From: Candidatus Woesearchaeota archaeon
Lineage (GTDB): Archaea > Nanobdellota > Nanobdellia > Pacearchaeales > GW2011-AR1
DNA length: 53,216 nt
Direction: 5' to 3'
NCBI GenBank assembly: GCA_964612685.1
Contig: CAZTCF010000004.1
Location: 1 to 53,216 of the forward strand
Each line of letters begins with the position of its first letter. The stretch's first letter is position 1. The position numbers were made by a program, and so were the translations under genes. A model generated the notes under the pieces. The model was given only the letters and a program-made list of their open reading frames with translations. It did no database searches and was not told the origin of the DNA. Positions 10,871 through 20,325 of this stretch are shown here, one piece after another.

Positions 10871-11784
10871 AAAAAAATATAAATAAAATACCAAAAGTAG
10901 CGATAATAGTCTGTAGCTACAATCAACAAAAACTTCTTGATGAGTGTCTCGTGAGTATAAAAAATAATACAAGTTATAAAAATTATAAAGTTTATTTTGT
11001 GGATGACTCTGGTATAGGAAAAATAGGAAATTATGTGAAAAAAAAATTTAAATGGGTAGATGTTACAATTAACAAAGAGAATAAGGGATTTTCAGGAGCA
11101 AACAATATTGGCATTAAAAAAGCATTATCGATATATTCTCCAGATTATGTTCTTCTATTAAATGATGATACCCAGATTATTGATAAAAATTGGATTAGAA
11201 AAATGGTCTCGGTTGGAGAGAATAATCACAAAACTGGAATCTTAGGTTGTAGATTGTTATATCCGGATAAAAGTCTACAATGGTTTGCAAAAAATGGAAA
11301 GATAACTTATCTTACTAAAAAAGGTTATTTTAACATAACCAAAGAGATATCTAAAAATCAAAAAGTGAATGATATAATTGGGGCCTGCTTTTTAATAAAA
11401 AAGAGTGTAATAGATAAAATTGGTTTTTTAGATGAAGAGTTTAATCCAATATACGGAGAAGAAACAGATTATTGTTTTAGAGCAACAAAAAAAGGATTTA
11501 ATCTTGTATACGTTGGAAATACAGAAATAATCCATCATGGAGGTTCATCATCTAAAGAAATTTTTAATGAAAAAGTATGGTTTATAAAAAAAAGAAATTC
11601 TATAAGGTTAGAATGGCTAAATTATGATGTAATAAAGATAATCAGATATACAACTATACACCTCGGTTCTGCTATTTTAAGCAAAAATCCCTTAAAAAAA
11701 TTAAATCTTCTTTTGAATGCATATAAGCACAATATAAAAAGATTTAAAGATATTAAACAAAAAAGGAAAGAGAGAAGAAATTAG
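10855..11784 (+). CDS. GT2 glycosyltransferase, paralogue of 6820..7731
   Basis: VCSYN, YKNYKVYFVDDSG, GFSGANN, LLLNDDT, EETDYC. Confidence 0.92.
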   Translation: MREKMKKNINKIPKVAIIVCSYNQQKLLDECLVSIKNNTSYKNYKVYFVDDSGIGKIGNYVKKKFKWVDVTINKENKGFSGANNIGIKKALSIYSPDYVLLLNDDTQIIDKNWIRKMVSVGENNHKTGILGCRLLYPDKSLQWFAKNGKITYLTKKGYFNITKEISKNQKVNDIIGACFLIKKSVIDKIGFLDEEFNPIYGEETDYCFRATKKGFNLVYVGNTEIIHHGGSSSKEIFNEKVWFIKKRNSIRLEWLNYDVIKIIRYTTIHLGSAILSKNPLKKLNLLLNAYKHNIKRFKDIKQKRKERRN

Positions 11785-11792
11785 GTAAAAAT

Positions 11793-12512
11793 ATGAAAAA
11801 AATTTTAGATATTGGATGCGGTTCTGGAGAGCTTATAAATTCTCTTAATAATAAGGAGAGAAGTGAAATATGGGGGATTGATATTTCTTCTGAAAATATA
11901 AATAAATGTATAAAGAACAATAAATATAAAAATACTTTTTTCAAAATAGGGGTAGGAGAAAAATTAGAATTTAAAGAGGATTATTTTGATGAAATTTATT
12001 GTATGGAAGTTTTAGAACATGTGAACAATTTAGAAAAGACTATTCATGAGATAAAAAGAGTTCTAAAAGGGAATGGAAAACTTACTATTTCTGTTCCCTT
12101 AAAAGATAGCGAGGTCATCTTGGGAAAACTAAATCCAGATTATTTTAAACAAATTGGGCACAAAAGATTTTTTTTAAAACAAGATATAATAAATCTCTTA
12201 GAAGATAATAAATTTAGAATAAAGAAATATACCGCATATAATAGCATTGAACATATTTATTGGGCATATGCATTCAAGAAAGGTAGAAAAATAATAAGCC
12301 AGCTGGGAACAATTGATAGAAAACTTCCAAGAATTATGCGTATATTGGTTATGCTCTTATCAAGAGAAATAATTCAATTAAGAAAAAATGCAAAAAATCC
12401 TGTCCACTATATGATAATCTTAATGATGCATATAGGATACCCCTTTGGATTATTGCTGGATTCTATCTGCACTAATAAAAAGCAGAAAGTCGTTTGTGTA
12501 AATGAAAAATAG
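11793..12512 (+). CDS. Class I SAM methyltransferase
   Basis: ILDIGCGSG, GIDIS, EVLEH, LKGNG. Confidence 0.9.
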   Translation: MKKILDIGCGSGELINSLNNKERSEIWGIDISSENINKCIKNNKYKNTFFKIGVGEKLEFKEDYFDEIYCMEVLEHVNNLEKTIHEIKRVLKGNGKLTISVPLKDSEVILGKLNPDYFKQIGHKRFFLKQDIINLLEDNKFRIKKYTAYNSIEHIYWAYAFKKGRKIISQLGTIDRKLPRIMRILVMLLSREIIQLRKNAKNPVHYMIILMMHIGYPFGLLLDSICTNKKQKVVCVNEK

Positions 12513-13376
12513 CTAATGTCTATAACTTTTTGTGGATTCTTCAAATTCTTCAAGAGTATATTGTGTCATAGGATGGGACAAAGAATTATCTCCATGATAT
12601 CTCTGACATTTTATAGAACGATTAGTCTTTTTAACAGAAGAAATATCTTCTAAACATTTAACAATGTTTGTTGGAATTGTTATTATTTGGGGTTCAGCTT
12701 TTGCTAACCTATAAATATCCTCTGCTTTTCTTATGCTCCCAACTATTAGCTCTGAGTCTTTACCTTCTAATCTCGAGGCAACATAGGAGATTTCATCCAA
12801 TGTTTTATCCCATGCTTTTTCAAGATACTTCTCTTTATTTAAGTTAATTATATCTTTCCAATCTTTATTATTTATAATCTCTTCCAAGGAATGTCCAGAA
12901 AGTTGAAGTATGTGTGCATCAAGCATCCTATTTGCAAACAAACTTACATACGTTGCTCCAGAATTAGCTGCACTTATCGCTTGATATGGATTCATACAAG
13001 CTGTAACATTTGTTTTTATGTCTTTTTTGGCTAGTTCTTCTACGGCTAACAACCCTCCTTTGCAAATTGGTATTTTTATTACTGTATTTTCTCCCCAACT
13101 TGAAATCTCATATGCTTGATCTAAAAGAACCTTTTTCACAACCAATGGATTTATTTTCTCCAAATTTTTTACATCTAAACCTCTTAAATCTGTTTCTAGA
13201 CTTACGGGAACATTACAAAAATTATTTAAAATTAACTTTGAAGCTCCTTCGAACCCTTTTGAAATATCTCCTGTAAGCTCCATTATTCTAGGGTTTGTTG
13301 TAATTCCGTCATTAACTCCCTTTGAGAAACAATAATTTATCTCATCTATGTTGGCTGTATCTGCAAAAAGTTTCAT
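12513..13376 (-). CDS. tal: Transaldolase (small TalC/FSA family, transaldolase-type residues)
   Basis: MKLFADTA, GITTNP, VSLE, IKIP (Schiff-base Lys), TNVT, YVSLFANR. Start moved to ATG 13376, which has a GGAGG upstream and an ATGA overlap with gmhA. Confidence 0.88.
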   Translation of the reverse strand: MKLFADTANIDEINYCFSKGVNDGITTNPRIMELTGDISKGFEGASKLILNNFCNVPVSLETDLRGLDVKNLEKINPLVVKKVLLDQAYEISSWGENTVIKIPICKGGLLAVEELAKKDIKTNVTACMNPYQAISAANSGATYVSLFANRMLDAHILQLSGHSLEEIINNKDWKDIINLNKEKYLEKAWDKTLDEISYVASRLEGKDSELIVGSIRKAEDIYRLAKAEPQIITIPTNIVKCLEDISSVKKTNRSIKCQRYHGDNSLSHPMTQYTLEEFEESTKSYRH

Positions 13377-13996
13377 ATCTTGTCCTCCGAATATTCTTTT
13401 ATTAATCCACATAATCTATCCACTATTAAATGTTGAACAACAAGATGAAATCCCTCTGTATGGGGTGTCGAATCTTTAGGAACAACTATGCAAGAATCAG
13501 CAAGTTCTTTTAGCTTCCCCCCATTAAAACCTGCTAAGCCCAAAACTTTTGCTCCTTTTGATTTTCCAATTTCTATAGCTTTAACGAGATTCCCAGACCA
13601 ACCGGATCCCCCATGAACCGAAATTAACAATATTATATCCTCCTTATCTAAAAATGTATTTAAAATACCAGAATAAGAATTTTCCCATCCAGAATCGTTT
13701 ATCCATGCAGTTAATAAAGCCGGATTATCATTAATGCATATTGCTTTGAACCCTTTTGTATTACTTATTTCCCTCATAGAACTATTGTTTGCAACAGTCT
13801 TCGCTAAATCTGAAGCAAAATGTGATGCTGTTGAAGCAGATCCTCCATTTCCCAATGTAAATATATTTTTATTGTTCTTCCATGCCTCAAAGAGAATATT
13901 TATGAAGATATTAATCTCTTTTCTATCAATATCCCTGATAATTTCTTCCGTCTCTTTCAAATAATTATCTATGTAGGATGTATTATCTTCCATCAT
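13373..13996 (-). CDS. gmhA: Phosphoheptose (sedoheptulose-7-P) isomerase, SIS domain
   Basis: GNGGSASTASHF, TAWIND, ISVHGGS, EGFH. Confidence 0.9.
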   Translation of the reverse strand: MMEDNTSYIDNYLKETEEIIRDIDRKEINIFINILFEAWKNNKNIFTLGNGGSASTASHFASDLAKTVANNSSMREISNTKGFKAICINDNPALLTAWINDSGWENSYSGILNTFLDKEDIILLISVHGGSGWSGNLVKAIEIGKSKGAKVLGLAGFNGGKLKELADSCIVVPKDSTPHTEGFHLVVQHLIVDRLCGLIKEYSEDKI

Positions 13997-14969
13997 ATAT
14001 TACCTTACACCCTTCTGTGTCAAATTTAAATGTTAACTCTTTTAATCCTATATTTTTCATAGCCTCTCTTAATTTTGATTTATCTTTTTCACAATAAAAT
14101 AACAAAAATCCTCCACCTCCGGCCCCAACTATTTTCCCCCCTTTAGCCCCATTTTTAAGCCCAAGCTCATAATAATTATCAATATCCTTTGTACTCATCT
14201 CTTTTGCAAATCTCTTCTTGGTTTCCCAATGGGCATTAAACCATTTTCCTACCTGAGAAGGATCCCCATTTTCTAAAGATTTTCCTATTTCTAATCCTAT
14301 TTCTTTTATTATGTTCATCTGATTCATTTTTTCTTCATCACTTTCCAAATTCTTTTTTTGTTCTTTTATCACTTCCGATGCTGATCGACTAATCCCTGTG
14401 CTAAATAACATTAAATTATTTTCGAGCTCTTCTTGGGTTGAAAAAGAGATATTCAATGGGCTAACAAGCACCCCTCCATCTTTTCTAATCTTTAGATTAA
14501 TAATGCCCCCAAAAGAAGAAATGTATTGATCTTGTTTTCCAATTGGTTCTTTTAAAACTTCCATTTGGATATAAGATGCTTCCTCTGCTAATTTTTTATC
14601 TGAGATATCTTCTTTTTTGTATATATGCAAGCCTTTTAAAAGAGAAACCAAAAATGCACTTGAAGAACCTAAACCAGTTCCTGCAGGAACGTCTGAGATT
14701 GAAACTATCTCTAATGGTTCGCTTATATTTAATAACTTTAATGCTTCCCTAATTAAAGAATGCTCTATTTTTGATGGGTCTTTTAATGACTCTATTTTTG
14801 AGTATTTTAAGAGAAAGTTATCGTAAAAATCTCTTTTTTCTATAATGATATAATTATATTTATTTATAGCTACAGAAATCAAATCTCCTCCAAATCTTGA
14901 GGAATAAAAGGGTAAATCAGTTCCACCTCCTCCTAAAGCTATTCTTAATGGCGCCCGAGTAATTATCAT
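13983..14969 (-). CDS. hddA: D-glycero-alpha-D-manno-heptose-7-phosphate kinase (GHMP family)
   Basis: RAPLRIALGGGGTD, PAGTGLGSSS, GKQDQY, GGKIVGAGGGGF. Confidence 0.93.
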   Translation of the reverse strand: MIITRAPLRIALGGGGTDLPFYSSRFGGDLISVAINKYNYIIIEKRDFYDNFLLKYSKIESLKDPSKIEHSLIREALKLLNISEPLEIVSISDVPAGTGLGSSSAFLVSLLKGLHIYKKEDISDKKLAEEASYIQMEVLKEPIGKQDQYISSFGGIINLKIRKDGGVLVSPLNISFSTQEELENNLMLFSTGISRSASEVIKEQKKNLESDEEKMNQMNIIKEIGLEIGKSLENGDPSQVGKWFNAHWETKKRFAKEMSTKDIDNYYELGLKNGAKGGKIVGAGGGGFLLFYCEKDKSKLREAMKNIGLKELTFKFDTEGCKVIYDGR

Positions 14970-15051
14970 CTTTTTATCTACCTATAAAAGATATTATATC
15001 TTTAGTATATAAATCTTTCTCCAAAAAATTTATAAATAGATAGTAGTAAAA

Positions 15052-15648
15052 TTATATCTCCTTAATTTTTTGTTGAATCTGAGATAAATTATCAAAAATA
15101 TAATCTGCAATGGGCCCATTTATTTTCATTCCTTCTTCATCATTAGAGTTCCCGATTTGAAACTCATTTTGTTTTCTCCTTAAATATATTGTTGTTCCCA
15201 CTCCTGCGGATTTTGCAGCCTGGATATCTGTGAAAGAATCTCCAACCATTATAGAATTTTCTAAACTAATTCCAAACAACCCCTTTGCCATTAAAAAAAG
15301 TCCGGGTTTTGGTTTTCTGCATTCGCATGGGAGTGAAATCCCTTCTTTGTGAAAACATTCAAAAATATTTGATCTACTTATACTAAGATGTTGGCATATT
15401 TTAGTAGTTATCTTTTCATAATCTTCCATAGAAAATTCTCCTTTTAATATGGAGGGTTGATTTGTAATTAGGATTATCTCGTATCCTTTCTTTCTTGCAG
15501 CAGCGATTAGTCCATTTATATCTTCATTAAAGAATAATTCTGAAGTTTTGAATGGAGAATCGTCTATTACTTTCTCATGGGACTTACTATATTTTTTTAC
15601 AACTCGGTTTACAACCCCATCTCTATCTAAAAAAAGTGCTTTTTTCAT
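15052..15648 (-). CDS. gmhB: Heptose-1,7-bisphosphate phosphatase (HAD)
   Basis: FLDRDGV, TNQ, CFH..CECRKPKPG, MVGDSFTD. Start placed at MKKALF. Confidence 0.92.
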   Translation of the reverse strand: MKKALFLDRDGVVNRVVKKYSKSHEKVIDDSPFKTSELFFNEDINGLIAAARKKGYEIILITNQPSILKGEFSMEDYEKITTKICQHLSISRSNIFECFHKEGISLPCECRKPKPGLFLMAKGLFGISLENSIMVGDSFTDIQAAKSAGVGTTIYLRRKQNEFQIGNSNDEEGMKINGPIADYIFDNLSQIQQKIKEI

Positions 15649-15649
15649 A

Positions 15650-16399
15650 TTATAATTTAACCGCTCCCGATTCAACTTCTTCCTTTGCCTTTAGGTATCT
15701 ACTCATTTGACCGACCTCCCTTATATAGCACTCTTCTGTGAATCCGTAAATTCTTAAACCTTTTTTAATAATTAATGGAAAAATGTTTTTTTCAAAAAAT
15801 GATTCTCCTTGGGGGATATAATTTAAAATTTTTGGATCAATAAGATAAATCCCCGAATTCGTGAATTTTTTATCATTAGGTATCTTCTCTAAATGAACTT
15901 GCTGTTCTTTGGTAGGATTCTGAATGAATTCTTTTACAAAGTTATTTTTATCCAAGACAACGCATCCTGGAGTTGTATTCTCATCCGATATTTTCTCATG
16001 ATATAGATAAATTGTAACTAAAGCTTTTTTTTGCTTATGTAATTTTATCATCCTAGATAAGTTTAAATTTGTTAAATTATCTCCATAAATAAGAAAAAAG
16101 GGTTCTCCTTGAAGGAATTCTCTAAAATGATTTATCGCTCCTGAAGTCCCCAAGGGCATTTCTTTAAATGGATATTTAATTTTAACACCTAGTTTACTTC
16201 CATCTCCAAAATATTTTTTTATAACATCAGAAAGATAGAAGGTGTCAAGAAAAATATCCTCTATCTCATTTTTTTTACACAATAAAATTAAATGTTCCAA
16301 TACTGGCTTACCTCCTATACCCACCATAGGTTTAGGGATGTTTTCCGTTAAATTCCCTAGTCTCCTACCCTCCCCTGCACAAAGGATTATAGCTTTCAT
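15650..16399 (-). CDS. hddC: Sugar-1-phosphate nucleotidyltransferase (HddC/GmhD-like, GDP-heptose forming)
   Basis: ILCAGEGRRL, PKPM, LGTSGA, YGD, NSGIY. Start placed at MKAIIL (16399). Substrate assigned from gene context. Confidence 0.8.
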   Translation of the reverse strand: MKAIILCAGEGRRLGNLTENIPKPMVGIGGKPVLEHLILLCKKNEIEDIFLDTFYLSDVIKKYFGDGSKLGVKIKYPFKEMPLGTSGAINHFREFLQGEPFFLIYGDNLTNLNLSRMIKLHKQKKALVTIYLYHEKISDENTTPGCVVLDKNNFVKEFIQNPTKEQQVHLEKIPNDKKFTNSGIYLIDPKILNYIPQGESFFEKNIFPLIIKKGLRIYGFTEECYIREVGQMSRYLKAKEEVESGAVKL

Positions 16400-16482
16400 A
16401 CCCCTAACTATTCGAATACAGTATATAAATTTTATAGTTAAAATGTAAAAAGATTTATATACTAAAAACAAAATTTTTAATA

Positions 16483-17619
16483 ATGGAAAGAATAAAAGTC
16501 TTTTTAAGATTGGGCAAAAGACCACACCCTTCTACATATGAGATTATAGACAATCCTCCTAAAAATGTGGATTATAAGTATTCTCCAATATTGCGTTCTT
16601 CCAAAGAAAAAGTGAGTATATTCCATAAAATAAAGGTAAAAATATGGCTTAGATATATTCAAAATAAACCTCCAATAATACCCATTTTTCCAGGAGATTG
16701 TGATGTAATTCATATGACCAATAACATTCTAAACTCAAGTAAACACCCTTGGGTTACTGATGTTGAACATGTATGGAGTTTAATGGGCTTTAAATTATCA
16801 AATTTTAAAAATAAAAAATATTTTCTAAAAGTTAAAAAGATGCTCTCTTCTAAATATTGTAAAAAATTAATACCATATACTAATGCATCGAGAATGTCTC
16901 TTTTAAATAATGGTTTTAAAGAATTGGAAAATAAAATAGAAGTTGTTTATCTTGCAAAAAAATCAGTTAAAGACTTCAAAAAGACAGAGAACAAAACTCC
17001 TATAATACTTTGGATGGGGAGAAGATTTTGGGAGAAAGGAGGATATACTGTTTTAAAAGTATTTGACAAATTAGATGGAAAGGTTGATTTTAAGTTAATT
17101 GTTAGGGGGCCTGTACCTGAAAATTTAAAGAAAAAATACTCAAATAAAAAGAATATAGAAATTTATGATAGTTCTGATTTCTCATTTGATAAAAACTGGA
17201 GTGATATGTATCAAAAAGCAGATATATTTCTTTATCCAACGAATTTAGATTCTTTTGGCAATGCCTTCCTCGATGCAATGAATTACAAAGTGCCAATAGT
17301 TACAGATGACATGTTCTCTGCACCAGAAATTGTGGAAGATGGTGTTAACGGATTTGTAGTAAATCATCCTATGAAATGGCATGATAAAAACTTCCAACTA
17401 ATTTATTCTTCATTTGAAGATTATATAGATAAATTAAAGACATTTAACGATGACTTGTATTTCTCCGAATTAGCTAAGAAAGTGATGAAGCTTATTAAGG
17501 ATAAAAATCTTAGAGAGAAGATGGGCATCGCAGGAAGAGAGATGATTGAAAAAGGAAAATTTTCTATTGAAGAAAGAAATAAGAAACTGGAGAGAATTTA
17601 TAGAGAGGCAATAAATTAA
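16483..17619 (+). CDS. GT4 glycosyltransferase
   Basis: EKGG, YPTNLDSFGNAFLDAM, PEIVEDGVNGF. Confidence 0.88.
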   Translation: MERIKVFLRLGKRPHPSTYEIIDNPPKNVDYKYSPILRSSKEKVSIFHKIKVKIWLRYIQNKPPIIPIFPGDCDVIHMTNNILNSSKHPWVTDVEHVWSLMGFKLSNFKNKKYFLKVKKMLSSKYCKKLIPYTNASRMSLLNNGFKELENKIEVVYLAKKSVKDFKKTENKTPIILWMGRRFWEKGGYTVLKVFDKLDGKVDFKLIVRGPVPENLKKKYSNKKNIEIYDSSDFSFDKNWSDMYQKADIFLYPTNLDSFGNAFLDAMNYKVPIVTDDMFSAPEIVEDGVNGFVVNHPMKWHDKNFQLIYSSFEDYIDKLKTFNDDLYFSELAKKVMKLIKDKNLREKMGIAGREMIEKGKFSIEERNKKLERIYREAIN

Positions 17620-19130
17620 CTTTTTTTAATTAATCCCTTCAATAAAATCCAATCTTCCTTATCCGCTCCTTTAAACAAAATTAAAAAACCTAAATAAATT
17701 ACAACTCCAAGAATTATCTCTGCTATCCCTAAAAATATATTTATATCAAGCAGGTAATTAAACGTCCATAGGAATGCTCCCATAATTATTGTTGCACACA
17801 ATGGGGCTCTTAATCCAATTCCTTTAACCTTAAAACCAAATTCTTTCTTTACATAAAATACAAGCAATCCTAGTAAGAATAATCTGCTCAATGAAGTAGC
17901 TAAACTAACTCCCCCTATCATAAACAATGGATTTTCGGAGAATAATCTTATTACTATAAAATTAAGGATTATATTCAAGATTAAAGAAAGGAAAACAGAA
18001 TTACCTACCCGGTTTGATTTCTCTTTTGATTCTAGGATTATCGAATAAAGTCCAATTAGAGGCGTAGTTACAATTAAAATAGAAAGTAAATAAAGTGAAG
18101 AGGTTCCTAAAAGGTATTCATTTCCATAAACTGCTTTAATTAAATATTTAGATAAGAATACAACTCCCACCATTGCAGGGATGGATAATATTAGTAAATA
18201 TCTTAATGTCTTCTTAAATCCTCTTTCAAATCTCTTCTTATTTATCTGAGTGAAAATAGGTAAAAATATACTTGATAAAGAAAGCAAAGAAGAAATTGCG
18301 ATTGCTAGACTTAATGCCGAACGGTAATAAGCAAGGTATTCTGAAGATATTGCAGTTCCAAGCATTAAAGTATCTACTAATGCGAAAAAAGAAAGAGAAA
18401 CTGTTGCCAGAGCCATATACTTCCAATAGGAATTCATCTTGGAAGTCTCTACTTTCTCTCTTTTACCAAAAAGAGAACTCTTATCTTTTTTGAGCATTAT
18501 GAAAAATTCAAGTAAAAGGGTAAAAAAACTGGATACAAAAAATGCAATAAATATTCCGGATACAATTAATTTGTCAGATAAAATTAAGATGGCAAATACT
18601 GAGAAAAGTATCTTCAATATCTGAGAAGAAGAATCAAAAAATAAAATAGATTTTACATCTTTCCTGGATGTGAAAAAAACTCCTAAAAGTGTTCTAAATG
18701 ATTCAGCGATTATAAATAAACAAGAGAATATCAAAGGATAGAATAAGAGAGGTTGTTTGTAAATATTATAAGAAAGGTACTTTGAGGATACAATTAAAAT
18801 GATTACTACGGCAATGACTAAGACGAACCTTAGTTTAAAGAAATAACTTGCAAGACTTCTTGATTTTCTTTTGTCTTTCTTTCCTGTTGAATCAGAAAGG
18901 TATCTTAAAAAAGTATTTTCCATACCAAAGTCTGTGAAAGATAAAGCCAGAGTAACAATAGAAATAGCCAATGCATAAACCCCGAACAATTCTGGTAAAA
19001 GCATTCTTGCAAGAATTACAGTTAAAATTAATCCTCCAAACTTAAGAACTAGCAAAGACATTACATTGTATGCTGATCCCTTTAAAGCTATCTTTGATAA
19101 GTTTTGTGAGGATATATCACTTTTTCGCAT
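17616..19130 (-). CDS. Oligosaccharide flippase (Wzx/AglR, MOP superfamily)
   Basis: ARMLLPELFG, DFG, D-x-LMLG, about 12-14 TM segments. Confidence 0.92.
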   Translation of the reverse strand: MRKSDISSQNLSKIALKGSAYNVMSLLVLKFGGLILTVILARMLLPELFGVYALAISIVTLALSFTDFGMENTFLRYLSDSTGKKDKRKSRSLASYFFKLRFVLVIAVVIILIVSSKYLSYNIYKQPLLFYPLIFSCLFIIAESFRTLLGVFFTSRKDVKSILFFDSSSQILKILFSVFAILILSDKLIVSGIFIAFFVSSFFTLLLEFFIMLKKDKSSLFGKREKVETSKMNSYWKYMALATVSLSFFALVDTLMLGTAISSEYLAYYRSALSLAIAISSLLSLSSIFLPIFTQINKKRFERGFKKTLRYLLILSIPAMVGVVFLSKYLIKAVYGNEYLLGTSSLYLLSILIVTTPLIGLYSIILESKEKSNRVGNSVFLSLILNIILNFIVIRLFSENPLFMIGGVSLATSLSRLFLLGLLVFYVKKEFGFKVKGIGLRAPLCATIIMGAFLWTFNYLLDINIFLGIAEIILGVVIYLGFLILFKGADKEDWILLKGLIKKS

Positions 19131-19164
19131 AAATATTTAAAAGGAATTGGGGTTTTTAAACGAA

Positions 19165-20325
19165 ATGGAAAAGAAGGGCAATATAAAAGTACAATTAGAT
19201 TTTAATGTCACAAAAAAACCTCACTCATTATATAATTCGCTCTTTAATAATCCTCCAGAAGGAGTGGAATATAAAAAATCCGAGTTTAGAGGAATTAATG
19301 AAAGAAATTATTCTGTTCTTGGAAAAATATACTGGAAAATTGCAAAAGCCTTTCCATTTGTGGAGAAATTTCACCAAAGAACATTAGATGTTTTAAGGAA
19401 AGAGAATGGATTTGATTTAATACACCTTACATTTCATTTAGGAAATACAAAAAAGCCTTGTGTAATTGATTATGAAAACGCATATAATTTTATAGATATT
19501 AGAAATAGAGAGAATAAAAAAGATAAAAAAAACGCTATAAAAATTCTAGATAAAAAAAACATTAAATGTCTAATGCCCATTAATAATGAAGCATTAAAAT
19601 CATTTAAATTATTTTTTGGAGAGAATGTGAGAAAACCCCAAGAAGTTATTTATCCAACAACATTTATTGAAGAGAATTTAAGAAAGAAAGTAAAAAAAGA
19701 AAATATAATGATATTTATTGGTTCCTCAAACATAGCTACAAGCAAAGCATTTTATATAAAGGGAGGTTCTGAAACAGTATTAGCATTTGAAAGATTGTCC
19801 TTAAAATATCCAAATTATAAATTTATGATAATAAGCAAGATACCCGAAGAACTAAAGATTAAGACTAGAAAAAATTTGATTATTCAAAATGTACTTCCTC
19901 AAAAGGAACTTTGGGAAATAATGAATAAGTCTCTAATATTTGTCCAACCAAATTATCATGCTCCTGCAATGGCATACATTGAAGCAATGTTTTTTAGAAT
20001 GCCAATAATCACTTATAATTGTTGGGCAAATAACGAATATGTAAATGAAAAAAATGGGATATTAATAAAACAAAAGGAAATTGGACACATAAATAGACAC
20101 AATATCCCTATTTATGATGAAAATATAATAAACAAAATTAAAGAGAATGCAATAGAAAATTCTAAAGAAATTGAAATTGAAATTGAAAAATTAATAAAAA
20201 ATCCTAAATTAATTTCTAAAATGGGTGAAGAAGGGTTTAAAGAAGTAACAAAAGGGAAATTTTCACTTAAAAAGAGAAATGAGAAACTTTTAAAAATTTA
20301 CAAAGAGGCATTAAACAATGGATAA
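19165..20325 (+). CDS. GT4 glycosyltransferase (divergent), related to 16483..17619
   Basis: KGG, IEAMFF..PII, NG, MGEEG. ATG start at 19165. Confidence 0.8.
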   Translation: MEKKGNIKVQLDFNVTKKPHSLYNSLFNNPPEGVEYKKSEFRGINERNYSVLGKIYWKIAKAFPFVEKFHQRTLDVLRKENGFDLIHLTFHLGNTKKPCVIDYENAYNFIDIRNRENKKDKKNAIKILDKKNIKCLMPINNEALKSFKLFFGENVRKPQEVIYPTTFIEENLRKKVKKENIMIFIGSSNIATSKAFYIKGGSETVLAFERLSLKYPNYKFMIISKIPEELKIKTRKNLIIQNVLPQKELWEIMNKSLIFVQPNYHAPAMAYIEAMFFRMPIITYNCWANNEYVNEKNGILIKQKEIGHINRHNIPIYDENIINKIKENAIENSKEIEIEIEKLIKNPKLISKMGEEGFKEVTKGKFSLKKRNEKLLKIYKEALNNG

